DNA of 64,000 nucleotides. Source: Phoronis australis (taxonomy: Eukaryota; Animalia; Phoronida). The translations under genes and the position numbers were made by a program. Below the pieces are notes generated by a model. The model was given only the letters and a program-made list of their open reading frames with translations. It was not told the DNA's origin and searched no databases. The stretch is from NCBI GenBank assembly GCA_002633005.1, contig NMRA01000039.1, forward strand, positions 635,021-699,020. The letters are read 5' to 3'. Of the stretch, positions 29,301 through 39,961 are shown piece after piece (positions within the stretch are counted from its first letter, which is position 1; every line of letters begins with the position of its first letter).

Positions 29301-32300
29301 AAAACTACTAGTTACATTTGGGTACTGCAAGGTAGACAATAACATATGGGACACCTCGGTTAGTTTTGTAGCCTCGTGAACGTTATCTGTGCATGTACGA
29401 ACTTTCAACCTCATGTAGGTCCTCAACTTTCAACCTCATGAAGGTCCTCAACTTTCAACCATAGGTCCTCCACATTCACAAGCTTGAAAGTCACACGAAT
29501 TGCCAAAAGGCTGAAGTGCCCAAACACGCAGATAACATTCACCTCCAACGGGAAATTTGAGGCCACGAAAACAAATGAGGTGTTCCAGATGGGAAAACAG
29601 TATACACGATTCTACAATAAAAACATAATCCAATTGCAAGGGTGCTTATGAACTATGTCAACTTGGCCAAGTCAAAATCCATCAATCAGAATTGCCTTAA
29701 GGTAAGCGTACACCTTACCAGAGCTAAACTTATGATCCATCACAAACATCAGAGCATATCAAACATATGCACACTCTTACACGATAATGCATGCATTCAC
29801 GCACGTACGCACACACACATAAACAAAGGTGTTGACAGAACATTTGCAATAATAACTCCTTATATTTTCCTATGAGCTGAATTACTGTTATCTTGTATAC
29901 TTTATACTACTAAATGCCAATCGTGTCTCATGGGGTGATCTTGCATTCATGAATAGTGGCATCACAAAGACAAACAACTGTGCCATTCACTCATCGTGTT
30001 GTTTTTAGTGACAGGTATTGTAAACATTCGGGTTATCGCCCAAGATCACATATGCACCCACCCCACACTTACGAAAAATTCCGAAATACGTGCCTGCTAG
30101 TCAGTTAAGTGTAAAAATCTACGATGTTTTCAATTTTAAACTAGAGTCAAATCCCGGACTTGTTTACCTCAGAAGCCAAAGTGACAAGTACTCTTATGCA
30201 TGTTGGGATCACATGACATTTTGAGGCTGACCTATTTTTTCCATATATGGGATGTATTCAGTGTCAAGGAAGCAAGCTCAAATCTCTCGATAATACCATA
30301 GTATTCTGCACAAAGACAAAAGCATTTCAAGGCTTTATGTTTCACGCAAAACTAATTACTCACTGCGAAATCAACTTACGACACAAGATTTTACGAAATG
30401 TAATAACGGAATTCAAAACTTCTAATGGTACTCTGTTAACAGAATCAAGGGGTGCATTTGACAAAACATTAAGGAAATGAACATGTCAATTGGCTGAGAA
30501 CCCTGGCAACACAAATGAACATGTCAATAGGTCGAGAGCCTTGGCAACACAAAAGTTTGGTTCCCATTATATCGATGCTTCAAATGACACCACACAGGCA
30601 AATTGCTATTGGCTCGTTACGCAATTTCTGAATCTCCCTCCAACAGGGGGATTAAAGCCATTAGCCTTCTTACTAATGCAGCCTAATGACAATTCTGATG
30701 TTCCGGTTTTGTGGGGAAACCCCGAAGACTCCCAGAAGGCTAAGAGATGTGACCTTGTAATGGTGGCAAATAGTAGGCCTGGTATAAAACGTTTTTACAG
30801 ATGACACGTTTTTACAAGGATAAGGTTCTATGATGGTAATTACGTGGTAATTTTCACAAAGAGCTGAGTCGCCATTGAATGTATTCTTGTTGCTATTTGC
30901 ATAAAAACTTGTGTTATTAGCATAACAACCTGTGTTATTAGCATAACAACTTGTGCTATTAGCATAACAACTTGTGTTATTAGCATAACAACTTGTGTTT
31001 GTCATTTGCAACATTATCAACTTCTCTGACATAAAATAAGGACAAATTGATTATTTCTTATTTCCCTGTCCAGAAAAGTATTAGTACCTTGACAGTTTCG
31101 GCTCTTCTCAGCAGTCATCTTCCAAAGCTATTGGACACTAGGTGGCGTGGTGACGAGACTGTTCCAAATTTTAGATAACTAATACCCCACATCTCCCTGT
31201 TCATAACTGAGCAACTTTTTCTGACCCAGATAGACTCTCTTATCCCGTCTAGATCTTAAAGTGTACACAACATGACTCTAGTACCTCAAAATAAATTTTA
31301 TTATTATATCTTACATGATTTCAGTGCCTTTAGTGCACAGCTCATAAAGAAGCACACAAAAATTGAAAAAAAAAATAATTATGTACAACGTCATGGGTTG
31401 AACCCAAGTCGTTCGCCATACTATTCGGATCAGAGACAAAGTGTATAGAGTGAAGAGAAAGCAAAGTACATTTAGCGTCTAGAAGGTTCGTAGAGGGATC
31501 AAAAGATGTGTTTCCGGAGGCTTCAGCAACAGCAGCCAGGCGGAGAACNAGCAGTCATCTTCCAAAGCTATTGGACACTAGGTGGCGTGGTGACGAGACT
31601 GTTCCAAATTTTAGATAACTAATACCCCACATCTCCCTGTTCATAACTGAGCAACTTTTTCTGACCCAGATAGACTCTCTTATCCCGTCTAGATCTTAAA
31701 TTATTTTCCCAGTTAATTACATGATTAAAGCCAAGAGCATGACTAGTCACTGCAGTTAATAGTACTTTGTGACAATATCCTCTCTGAATGTGTGACCCTA
31801 CACTGAGATAGGTCATCCACCTCCTTTCTGTGTTTGCTAAGTTTGACTGAAAACTCTATTACTTTGTGATAAAATGAGGACACTGACATTTCTTATCACA
31901 CTTAGGGTCAGCATTACAAAATTAGGAGGTTGCTATGTACTCAAGAGTTCACTCAAACTCAGGTAACCATTTGGTCTTTAGGTTCTGAAGTGAAGTTGAG
32001 GAACCCCCGCAGAATATACTGTAATCGTGGGAAGTAGATAATCGAAAAACAGAATTATAAGAAAATCTTTAAGACTGCAACAATGTTGTTGACCATGCAG
32101 TTGAGGCAATTCATTCAAATGCAGAACTACTATAGGCATTCAATAGTTCATTGGAAATGTGCCGTCTGTTGATTAAATAAAGACCGCTAACATCTTGCGC
32201 AAATATTTAACTGATCACAAATTACAGAAATCAGTCAATATTGATAGGAATTGCTAGCTTAAGCTCACAAGCATACGCACACGTGACGGTTTCTAATTGC

Positions 32301-35300
32301 CAATTAGTATCTAAATAATGGACATAATGTCATAGCCTTTTATTGACTTTTCCAAACCATTCAACAGCACGTGCCACAGACATTACCAAGCACACAAAGT
32401 ACTAAGTGGAAAGTCTGAGAATGCAAGTTCTAAATATAATAAACAACTGTTTATGAGATTTTCTTGAAACAAAAACCAGACTACCAATACCACGAGGGCC
32501 TTTTGTAATGCCAAAGAAAAGGAAAAGAGTAACTCGGTTCTAATCCCATGGACCCTTAAAATTCAGGTTTTTACTCCTACTAATGCATCAGACTTACTCG
32601 AGCAATACTCAAGAAGTGGTGACCACCACATTTTATTTGAGTCCCTTCAAGACTTAATCATACTTGAGAACTATTCTCAAGCCGACATTAAAGTCATTGG
32701 TGTAATAAAACAAGAAAGTAAATTTTGAGCCCATTCTGAAACCTAGCGCCATCTACAGTCTAGTCCACTGAATCTGATTCAGAACTTTTTCAGTAAAGGA
32801 ATGTGAAGATCATTGTTGTTTGCTAGCTTTCAAATAAAAAAGTGCTGGATACATACTTTGTAAATAAAATTTTACAGTCTTGGAATATGCGAGTGATTTT
32901 CCCACAGTGCTTAAGATTTTACTCAAGAATTATTGGCGACCACACTTTCTTGAGTACTACTTGAAGTATTTACAATAACTCAAGACTTCAAGTACTTTTG
33001 GTTGAGTACGAGTCGGTGGTTTCCAAAACTCGAGAAGTTACACAGTCTAAGAAACTTCTTTGAGTAATTTAAGGGACTGAATAAAGTTTGGTGATCGCGG
33101 TGATGGGGTATTTTTAGTTCTCCAGATTTACAAAAAGAAAATTTCCCCTAATGGCACTAACATGAATTGGGACTGGATCCTTCTTACTTACCCAGGGTCA
33201 CCTGATGCCAACTGTAAGGGACAAGTTTTGAAATTAGTCTGTCACAGATCAGGATCAATTATGTTATTTTTTGTCCTAATAGAAAGAACACCGAACAGCT
33301 TTTCTCCCTCTCCGCAGCGTCAACAGGTCAATTTGGAGGTCAAACTTAAACTGAAATATTAAACAACTTTAGGGTGCAGAATTCAATTGCGGAGTAACCG
33401 TGCAAACTCATTTTATCAAAAAATTGCAAAGGCGTCCACTCAATAAATAACTAATATCTTTCTACAAAATATTACCAAAATATTGTTTTCCTCAGTGGCA
33501 TTTAAAAACGGTATTATGTATATGGCCCACACACATAAGTAGCAGGCAAAACTAAGCCAGTGGGCAGTTTCACTAAAATGTCATAACTCACATTGGTGTC
33601 TTTTTACACAGTCTCATCGGAGACTATACAGTCTAAAGTTTTGGCGTCAGTTTCCACTTAACCTCTGTGTAAAAAAAAGGTGCGAAGGAAAAAACAAAAA
33701 GAAATAAAACAAATAACAGGACGGTATCGGTTATAAATCCGAAAAATGCATTTTGGAGCTTAGTGTTGGATGGGATAGGCCTCTTGAAGTTATTAGCTTT
33801 GACCAGACCTGAGTTGAAAATTAACAAAATGTGTTGTTTTCATGGTTTTATTACAAATCGCGAGTTCTCGCCGTTGTCAGCCAGACATTCGCTGAACTCA
33901 AGGCAGGTAACTTTACAGGTTAGAGAGGCTTACTTTTTCTGTCATTTACAGACCGAAGTATACCTTCGCCAGCACAACATTTGACTGCGACTACAGGGTT
34001 TGCAAGTACGATTCTGTGCAGAGGCTGATCTCAGAGAATAACATTTCTCACCAATAATGTTATTTCAAGACAACAATAACCCCCACCAAGTATTTCCTGT
34101 TTGATGCATTACTGTTCAGATATAAGATAAGCTATGCCATACAGTCATACATATTCATCCTCTAACCCCTATATATCACTATCATTCACCATCCATTCAC
34201 CATTCAATTACCAACAGACAGCAGGCACGACCTCACTCTTGGCGGTATACACCCACACAACTCTGCAACAATCCAAAACGCATTTATTGACTTTTTCCCT
34301 GCTGCAAGCCACTATTGTGAAATCTCGCCATTTTTAACATATCGCACAGGACAAAAGATTTTTTAAAATACAAGTAGCGTATGTAGGACCTTATCAAAAT
34401 ACAAGTAGCGCATGTAGGACCTTATCAAAATACAAGTAGCGTATGTAGGACCTTATCAAAATACAAGTAGCGTATGTAGGACCTTATCAAAATACAAGTA
34501 GCGTATGTAGGACCTTATTAAAATACAAGTAGCGTATGTAGGACCTTATCAACAAGTGTGTTTATCCAGATGTCCACAAAACTATGAATATTAACTCAAT
34601 GAAAGTACGCATGTTCAGAAAGTAAGAAAGCCTGAAGAATTCGACTTCTGACTTTTTGGTCAATCTGCCACTGATCAGGTCACGTGATCATTTCTTTTTG
34701 GTAAATTTTAGCAAAAACTGACAGATACATTGCTAGCAAATTAATGGTATCTATAACATGATCAAATGTTCAAGATCAAAATGCTGTTACACTTTCTAAA
34801 ATAACATTTTGGTATCGGTTTATGTAATTTTAGATTTTTTTCATGAAAATCATAATAATCCTATTTTTGATTGCTCCTCATGCAAAAGTAGAGCATTTTG
34901 GAGACAATCTAATTCATAACAACATTTTGAAGCATAGCATTTAAAGCACAGTATCTGAAATTGTCATATAAATTCAATCACCCACTTTGGAGATACCGTA
35001 TGTCGTTTTTGAAGTTAGTCAAATTTGGACATTTTTCTAAGGTCCTACATAACTTACTGTTTTACAATTTTCAGGTTCTGTGCTAAAGGTGCCATCATGA
35101 AATAATCTGCAACATACGGGAGGCATACACAATACTATTAGAAGCCGCTGAAATAATAAAAACAGACATCGTACGGTCACGTTTGTTCAAAATTGGTGAA
35201 ATTTACCCTACGTACTCTGCAAAACAGCAATCACTTCAGTTTTTCATAACAGTACATATATAGTACAACAAAAATCAACCATGAGTGTCAATTAGTCAAT

Positions 35301-38300
35301 TAAGTGTCACAAACAGGAAATTTGAAAGAAATTCTCGAACCTAAAATCAAGTCAAGATTTATGCAAATTTTGTGCGGCTTTCCCTCAACACAACCTTCAG
35401 AGTTCCTAGCCATGTCGTCAAGTAGTCTTCCTTCACAATTCAATTTTAGTTTCTTCATCTTCAAAGTATAATGTCAATATTAAAAAGACAGAAAGAAATG
35501 GTCTTGAAAACCCAACACGTGATGCTGGGACACCACGCAGAGCCTGGAAGTACGGCAGAATCCAAATTATTGTGTATCACGGAAGTATCTACTTGTGACC
35601 ATTGCTGCATTCCGTAAATTTAGTATTTATGACACAAGTTTCATTCCATTTGTAATTACTATTAACACAATACAATATTGTTATCTATTTCCTCATTGAA
35701 TAATCTTGAAAACCAGCGTTAATTCAATGAACAGGTTAACCAAAATAAATATTTTTGAAAAATAACGACAACAATAATAGTACTAATAATGATAACAACA
35801 ACAATCATAAAAATCACAAAGCAAATTTCAGTGTTTAATTGATAGTACCACCATTATATAGGATACAGCGTTAATGCTTAATACCTACCATCTGGCGACC
35901 CCTCCGTGTCAAACGGGAGTTGGCGATCTTTGGTGATATCTTTGTGCGAGGCGAGAAATAACACCACTTCGCCCTTCTCATTCTTTATGGGAACTATGTC
36001 TAGTAAGCACCAAAAGCTCGTCCCTGTAAAATGGCAGACACGTTTTTTACGAACTATGTTCATTATTAACACAAAGCCAGTTTGGACTGGCTAAGCTACA
36101 GTAAAAACTTTCTAGTTTGGAACAGTCCAATAATGTGGACACCAAAATTCAAGCTGAAATTGAATTTTCTTTTGATTCTGAAGATTGGGGCATGGACAAA
36201 TTTGACGTTCATCATATTTCTCGAATATGAGATACAGCGTTTTGTATCAACAGAATCTGAAAATAAGACTTGCCAGTACATAAAATATGTATCTGTTGAT
36301 ACAACACTTTTGTTTGTCTCCATTGTGCGTAAAATTAGGGTGAGTGATCCTTTGTCATTGATAGTTATTCCTGAATTTCAGATGGCCAGCCTGTTGTTAG
36401 AATTTGGTACAAGCTCCCATCTTAAGCGAAATAATAAATTCTCCACTTTCCCAAACTAGAGAAGTTCTAACTGTATGTGTATATCCAAATACAAATGTCA
36501 TCGTGAAAAGTTTTTTTCATTTCCATCAAGTAGAAACTTGACATTCACCTGTTAGCTTTACAATAGGTAATGTATGGACACCCACGTCAATGCGCTGTAA
36601 ATGACTGAACAATCACACTCATTACTTAATAAATGCACCTGACAATTTACTATCTTGTATTTATGGTCATATTTGTATATTTCAATAAAAAATGCAGAGA
36701 TTGCAATTTTTGTCAGAGGAAATACAGTAGACTTGAGATGAATTACAAAACCAAGCTTTCATTGTCACGTGAATTTCCCAAAAGAGAGTCAACACTAAGG
36801 TAATTTACCATGTTTGAGAGATCCTAATTGTAAAATATCCTCAAGACATTTGAGCTTCCTTCATGCAGCCCACTATATATTGGTTGAATCCATAGATGAC
36901 GATGAAATCAATTACTGCTTAATAACAGTTGCTTTGCGTCCAGTTTCATAAGGTTAATTAGCTTACTTCATAATTTCATATGGTGTGTGGGAAGGATGCA
37001 TTGCATTAATAGCCTTAATGCTTTTGGTCTAAAAGGGCCTTCGTACTAACTAAAATCCGGTATGAACGAAGCGTCGATGTAAACTGCAAAGTCAATTGAA
37101 TCATTCATACCAGCTTCAGTAGTTAACATCATCGAAATAAACGGTAGGTGACAATGTCGTCATCGAAGTAATCACAAGGTGGCGCATCGACTTTAGTGTG
37201 AAAGGGCCTTTATGTTACAATAAAATCTCACCACTTTCGGACACAACATGGCCAACAGCCGACATTTTATCCCCTCATTTTTCATAAAAGATACATAGCA
37301 TCAAAATTAACCCTTTACCATGTTCAAGCTTTTTATAAACACCCACATTAAAGTAAGAAGACTTTGAAGAATAAGGAAGGGTGATTTTGGCAATTGTTTT
37401 TGTCTGAAATTTGAGAGATTTAACCGTAAATCTGACTTGAATGGTGGCCAACATTCAAAAACCTGAAAGTCCCGTTTACATAGACCAGGGTACCAGTTTA
37501 GTAAAATCAAGTCAACCATATCCAGAATTAAACAAGTCATGTGGTGCAAATTATCATTTGGAACAAAAAAAAACACTTGGATGCAGACATAAAACTGTTT
37601 TGTTTATTTGGTTGCTCCTTTGTATTCCCTTTCTTCTGGTCTAAATAGGTCCTTGATCAAAGCATTTTTCAGTTACACATAAATATGCTCAAGCTTGACC
37701 CATTACAAAACATCACATTTGGTTTCAACTCCATATGACAGCAATGAGTTTCTAAATGGAGGGAAGTCCACACACCAATGTTGTCTGTTGGTCCATTCAG
37801 ACATTCATTTAAATCTTAAATTTCTTAATTAATCAATTAACCAATCTCGGACACTTTTTGGCAGACAAGTGAAATCTTTTTTCATGAAAGATAGGTAGAA
37901 ACAAACAAACACTTAATCATTTTCATGTCCTCTACCATAAGACAATATTTGAGAAACTGTAGGCATTCACAACTTGAGAGGCCCTTGATGAAAAATGATC
38001 AATTTTGGCATTTGTCCAAAATCGGTGAGATTTTACTACAAAGTTCATGCTTACACCACTTACGGTAAATGATCTCTGCACTGTCTGGGAATGAAGTCTA
38101 ATCTTTACACTCGAAATCAAACTCAAAACTATTTTTGGCAGTTTACTTTCCACTTTTGTGTGAACTCAAATTAAGCGTCTATTATTCTGTACCCGAGCAC
38201 ATTGTGGTTTGTACATGCGAGTTTCTAGTCCAAGCACTTAATGACCCTTATATTCCTTCTACAAACCCCACTAAAAACTTGAAGTATCAATTGCAAATTT

Positions 38301-38718
38301 GAACTTTTTGTCTTAATGCCGAGTATACCAAATGCAAACATAAGCCATTTCGTACTCGAGAAAATAATAATATCTTGAGTTCGTACAGAAAGAACAGAAA
38401 ATGCCAAAATACAATTTAGAGTTTGAATTCGAGTAGAAAGATTAGACCACAGGCCTAGACTGGTTCATATTCTTACTCATAACACACCTGACTTCCTGTA
38501 GAACTTGACCTCGGTCTTCAGTTCTTGTTGGTTGTCCAGGGCTTCTTCTATTTCCTGTTTCTCTTTCTCCGTCGTCTCCACACCGTACAGGAACTTGCAT
38601 GCACAGCTTTTAGACATAACCTGCGCCCTCTGGTAGCCGGTGAGCTCACAAAAACCATCGGAGCAGTAAACAATCGGATACCCGACAGCCTGTGCATTGC
38701 CAAGGACGAAGTTGCTGT
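1114..38718 (-). CDS. KCNH8: Elk/Kv12 (KCNH3/4/8-like) voltage-gated potassium channel, partial multi-exon gene (PAS domain to start of S6); exon 1 and 3' exons not found in the window
   Basis: Exons 38718-38488, 36023-35889, 18230-18070, (12470-12423), 8417-8183, 5841-5684, 1759-1552 and 1320-1114 join in frame with GT-AG sites. Motifs typical of the EAG superfamily, Elk subfamily: [54 protein letters not shown]. Confidence 0.93.
1552..1759 (-). CDS. KCNH8: Elk channel exon: S4 voltage sensor and S5
   Basis: [50 protein letters not shown]; acceptor tttcgtgcag, donor G|gtatga; 208 nt, phase 0-1. Confidence 0.96.
1877..1950 (+). mobile_element. Fragment of the tRNA-derived SINE seen at 27920
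   Basis: ttgggagcagaaatcttt...ttcattaggtca(t/c)(g/a)tgatg is shared with 27986-28035. Confidence 0.6.
3042..3690. mobile_element. Kolobok-like MITE with diverged ~38-bp TIRs
   Basis: GGTAACTGGTTATCTCGTTACCGAAAGTCACATTTTT ... AAAAATGTGAGCCTTGGCAACAACAGTAGTCAGAAACC; flanks gtaa and ttaa. Confidence 0.5.
5318..5391. repeat. (CA)n / (GCACAC)n compound microsatellite
   Basis: Direct reading. Confidence 0.95.
5684..5841 (-). CDS. KCNH8: Elk channel exon: S2-S3
   Basis: [44 protein letters not shown]; acceptor ccgttgtag, donor ACT|gtaagt; 158 nt, phase 1-0. Confidence 0.95.
6052..7537 (-). mobile_element. Non-autonomous Tc1/mariner-superfamily (Tc2/pogo-like) DNA transposon, copy A, inverted relative to B and C, interrupted by an N gap
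   Basis: TA|CCGTAATCGGTCGGGTTAACGCCC ... GGGCGTTAACCCGAACGATTACGG|TA; subterminal GGGCGGTTAA repeats; reverse complement of the ends of 39962-42384. Confidence 0.88.
6632..7270. other. Assembly gap (N run)
   Basis: Run of n. Confidence 0.99.
8183..8417 (-). CDS. KCNH8: Elk channel exon: pre-S1, S1 and S2
   Basis: [44 protein letters not shown]...[10 protein letters not shown]; acceptor ttttgcag, donor G|gtgcgt; 235 nt, phase 0-1. Confidence 0.95.
9429..9908 (+). mobile_element. Kolobok-like MITE (~480 bp) with TTAA target-site duplication
   Basis: TTAA|GGTTATGTAGGACCTTATAAA ... TTTATAAGAACCTACAAAACC|TTAA. Confidence 0.75.
10157..10640 (+). mobile_element. Second copy of the same TTAA MITE family
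   Basis: gtaggaccttat start, shared internal blocks, ends cataacc|ttaa. Confidence 0.6.
12423..12470 (-). CDS. Candidate 48-nt in-frame cassette exon of the Elk channel ([16 protein letters not shown])
   Basis: Acceptor ttttgtgttgatttccaag, donor GAG|gttagt, no stop codon; phase 0-0 matches the phase-0 junction between the flanking exons. Confidence 0.55.
16798..17118. mobile_element. Possible PIF/Harbinger-like MITE
   Basis: Imperfect inverted ends cgccccctgtagaca / tgtctacggtgggcc; internal agctc/gagct repeats. Confidence 0.4.
18070..18230 (-). CDS. KCNH8: Elk channel exon 4: N-terminal linker
   Basis: DLQGG...[31 protein letters not shown] contains the Elk-typical [13 protein letters not shown] motif; acceptor ttcgtttag, donor AAG|gtttgt; phase 1-0. 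Confidence 0.92.
19224..21917 (+). mobile_element. Tc2/pogo-like non-autonomous DNA transposon, copy B (~2.7 kb)
   Basis: TA|CCGTAAACATTCTGGTTAACGCCC ... GGGCGTTAACCCGAACGTTTACGG|TA; colinear with copy C; no transposase ORF. Confidence 0.9.
26119..26646. mobile_element. ~530-bp MITE, probably Tc1/mariner type
   Basis: TA|CGGTAATTCTCC ... GGAGAATTACCG|tt; a similar end is seen near 11011. Confidence 0.55.
27920..28117 (+). mobile_element. tRNA-derived SINE
   Basis: tRNA-like head with A box TGACTCAGTGG and B box GTTCGAGTCC; body repeated at 1877. Confidence 0.65.
29400..29470. repeat. 25-bp tandem repeat, about 2.7 copies
   Basis: actttcaacctcatg(t/a)aggtcctca. Confidence 0.8.
30907..30998. 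repeat. 21-bp tandem repeat, about 4 copies
   Basis: acttgtgttattagcataaca; contains the inverted pair TGTTAT/ATAACA. Confidence 0.9.
31111..31700. repeat. 150-bp direct duplication (31111-31260 and 31551-31700) across a single-n contig join
   Basis: Identical cagtcatcttcc...agatcttaaa; n at 31549. Confidence 0.85.
34365..34550. repeat. 31-bp minisatellite, 6 copies, containing the MITE left terminus
   Basis: aaaatacaagtagcgtatgtaggaccttatc. Confidence 0.93.
34535..35053 (+). mobile_element. Copy of the TTAA MITE family
   Basis: tatgtaggacctta ... taaggtcctacata inverted ends; internal blocks shared with 9429-9908. Confidence 0.65.
35889..36023 (-). CDS. KCNH8: Elk channel exon 3: PAC end of the PAS domain
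   Basis: [32 protein letters not shown]; acceptor attttacag, donor G|gtaggt; 135 nt, phase 1-1. Confidence 0.95.
37033..37209. mobile_element. Short Harbinger-like MITE
   Basis: aagggccttcgtactaa ... ttagtgtgaaagggcctt imperfect TIRs. Confidence 0.45.
38488..38718 (-). CDS. KCNH8: Elk channel exon 2: PAS (eag) domain
   Basis: [45 protein letters not shown]...EVKFYRKSG; acceptor ttgtttacag, donor G|gtgtgt; 231 nt, phase 1-1. Confidence 0.95.
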
Positions 38719-39961
38719 CTGTAAACAAAAACATCTTGGCTTTAAAGGAGAATGTTATGTATGCAGAAAATGACAAGTTACCCACTTCCCACATTTTGAG
38801 AACAAGTTTTCTCCACCGAAAAACGGACAATAAACTGGTACTACAAAATCTGGGACCCATATAAGTGATTACTGCTCAGAAAACAGTGAGGTGTACAAAG
38901 GTGCGTTGGACTCACTCTCATACCACACCAACTTCTCTTCAACTGTGAAAATGATTGTGGAAATTAAAAATTTTCCATTTTTCAAAGCCGATTTTGCACC
39001 ACGTTAATATATAACAAGTTTTGGTTTATGTACACAGGGAAATGGACTGTTTCTAAATCTTTAGTTTTCTTGAAATTTAGTTAATAGTAGGTAATGTCAC
39101 CTAAACCTGTTTTGTGGTTGGGCGGTCATGTTTATAGGTGCGCCAGTCCTATTTTCTGGTGCGGCAGTCCCATTTGATCCCCTGAGGTCCAGTTTTGGGT
39201 GAGTCGGTCCGATTTAGAGGACCGGTGGTCATGTTGTTTCTCACCCGTGATTACAGGCTGGTAGGCTCAATAAGCTGGTTCCCACCCCACTCACATTAGG
39301 TAGAGTAACTGCCAACTGACTTCTGGTGTTTTGTATCTTTTATTACAAGAAATTACTCAACTCTCCAGGAAACTTCGGCACCAAGCTCCACTAACTCATA
39401 GGGTACTAATGTAAATCTGTCACCCCAGTAGCATGTTTCGACAAATTTATCATGTAGTCATGTTATTTTACATTTAGTGTGAAAAACAGAAGCATTTACA
39501 AATTTAAGTTTAATTTTGACTAAGTTTCATCATTATAGACAGCAGTTAGTCAAGGTTGTGCCATCTTTTTATGTAAAAGGAATCTGAAGAAATACTTAGT
39601 CACACTTATACGTCAGCATTTACCGTATAAGTTCTACTCTTAGGAACAAAAAATTTGCATCTGGAATTTTTTCTGTACTTCACAGGCTACCTGAATAGCC
39701 ACAAATACAGTACAAGCCAAACAAATTTAGACAAAATGACCCAATCCCCGTCATGACACCTGGCCGGAAATCAAATTTAGAGTAGTCTTTTCTCATGACC
39801 CAGGATGAAGAGGAATTCAAGTCAGGGGATTAAGCTATCCTGTAATTAGAATTTTGCCAGCCTTGTAGTTATTACAAGCAATTTTTTGATCTTCACAAAA
39901 TTAGCAGTCACAAATACAAAACTATATTTTGTCTGTTTACTTTTGTACTGTACAGTACTTA

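Noticed and set aside
30673-31032. 119-aa ORF with TSCYANN repeats
   Set aside because: Translation of a 21-bp tandem repeat
32550-33080. Possible MITE with actcaag/ttgagta internal repeats
   Set aside because: Termini too degenerate to define with confidence
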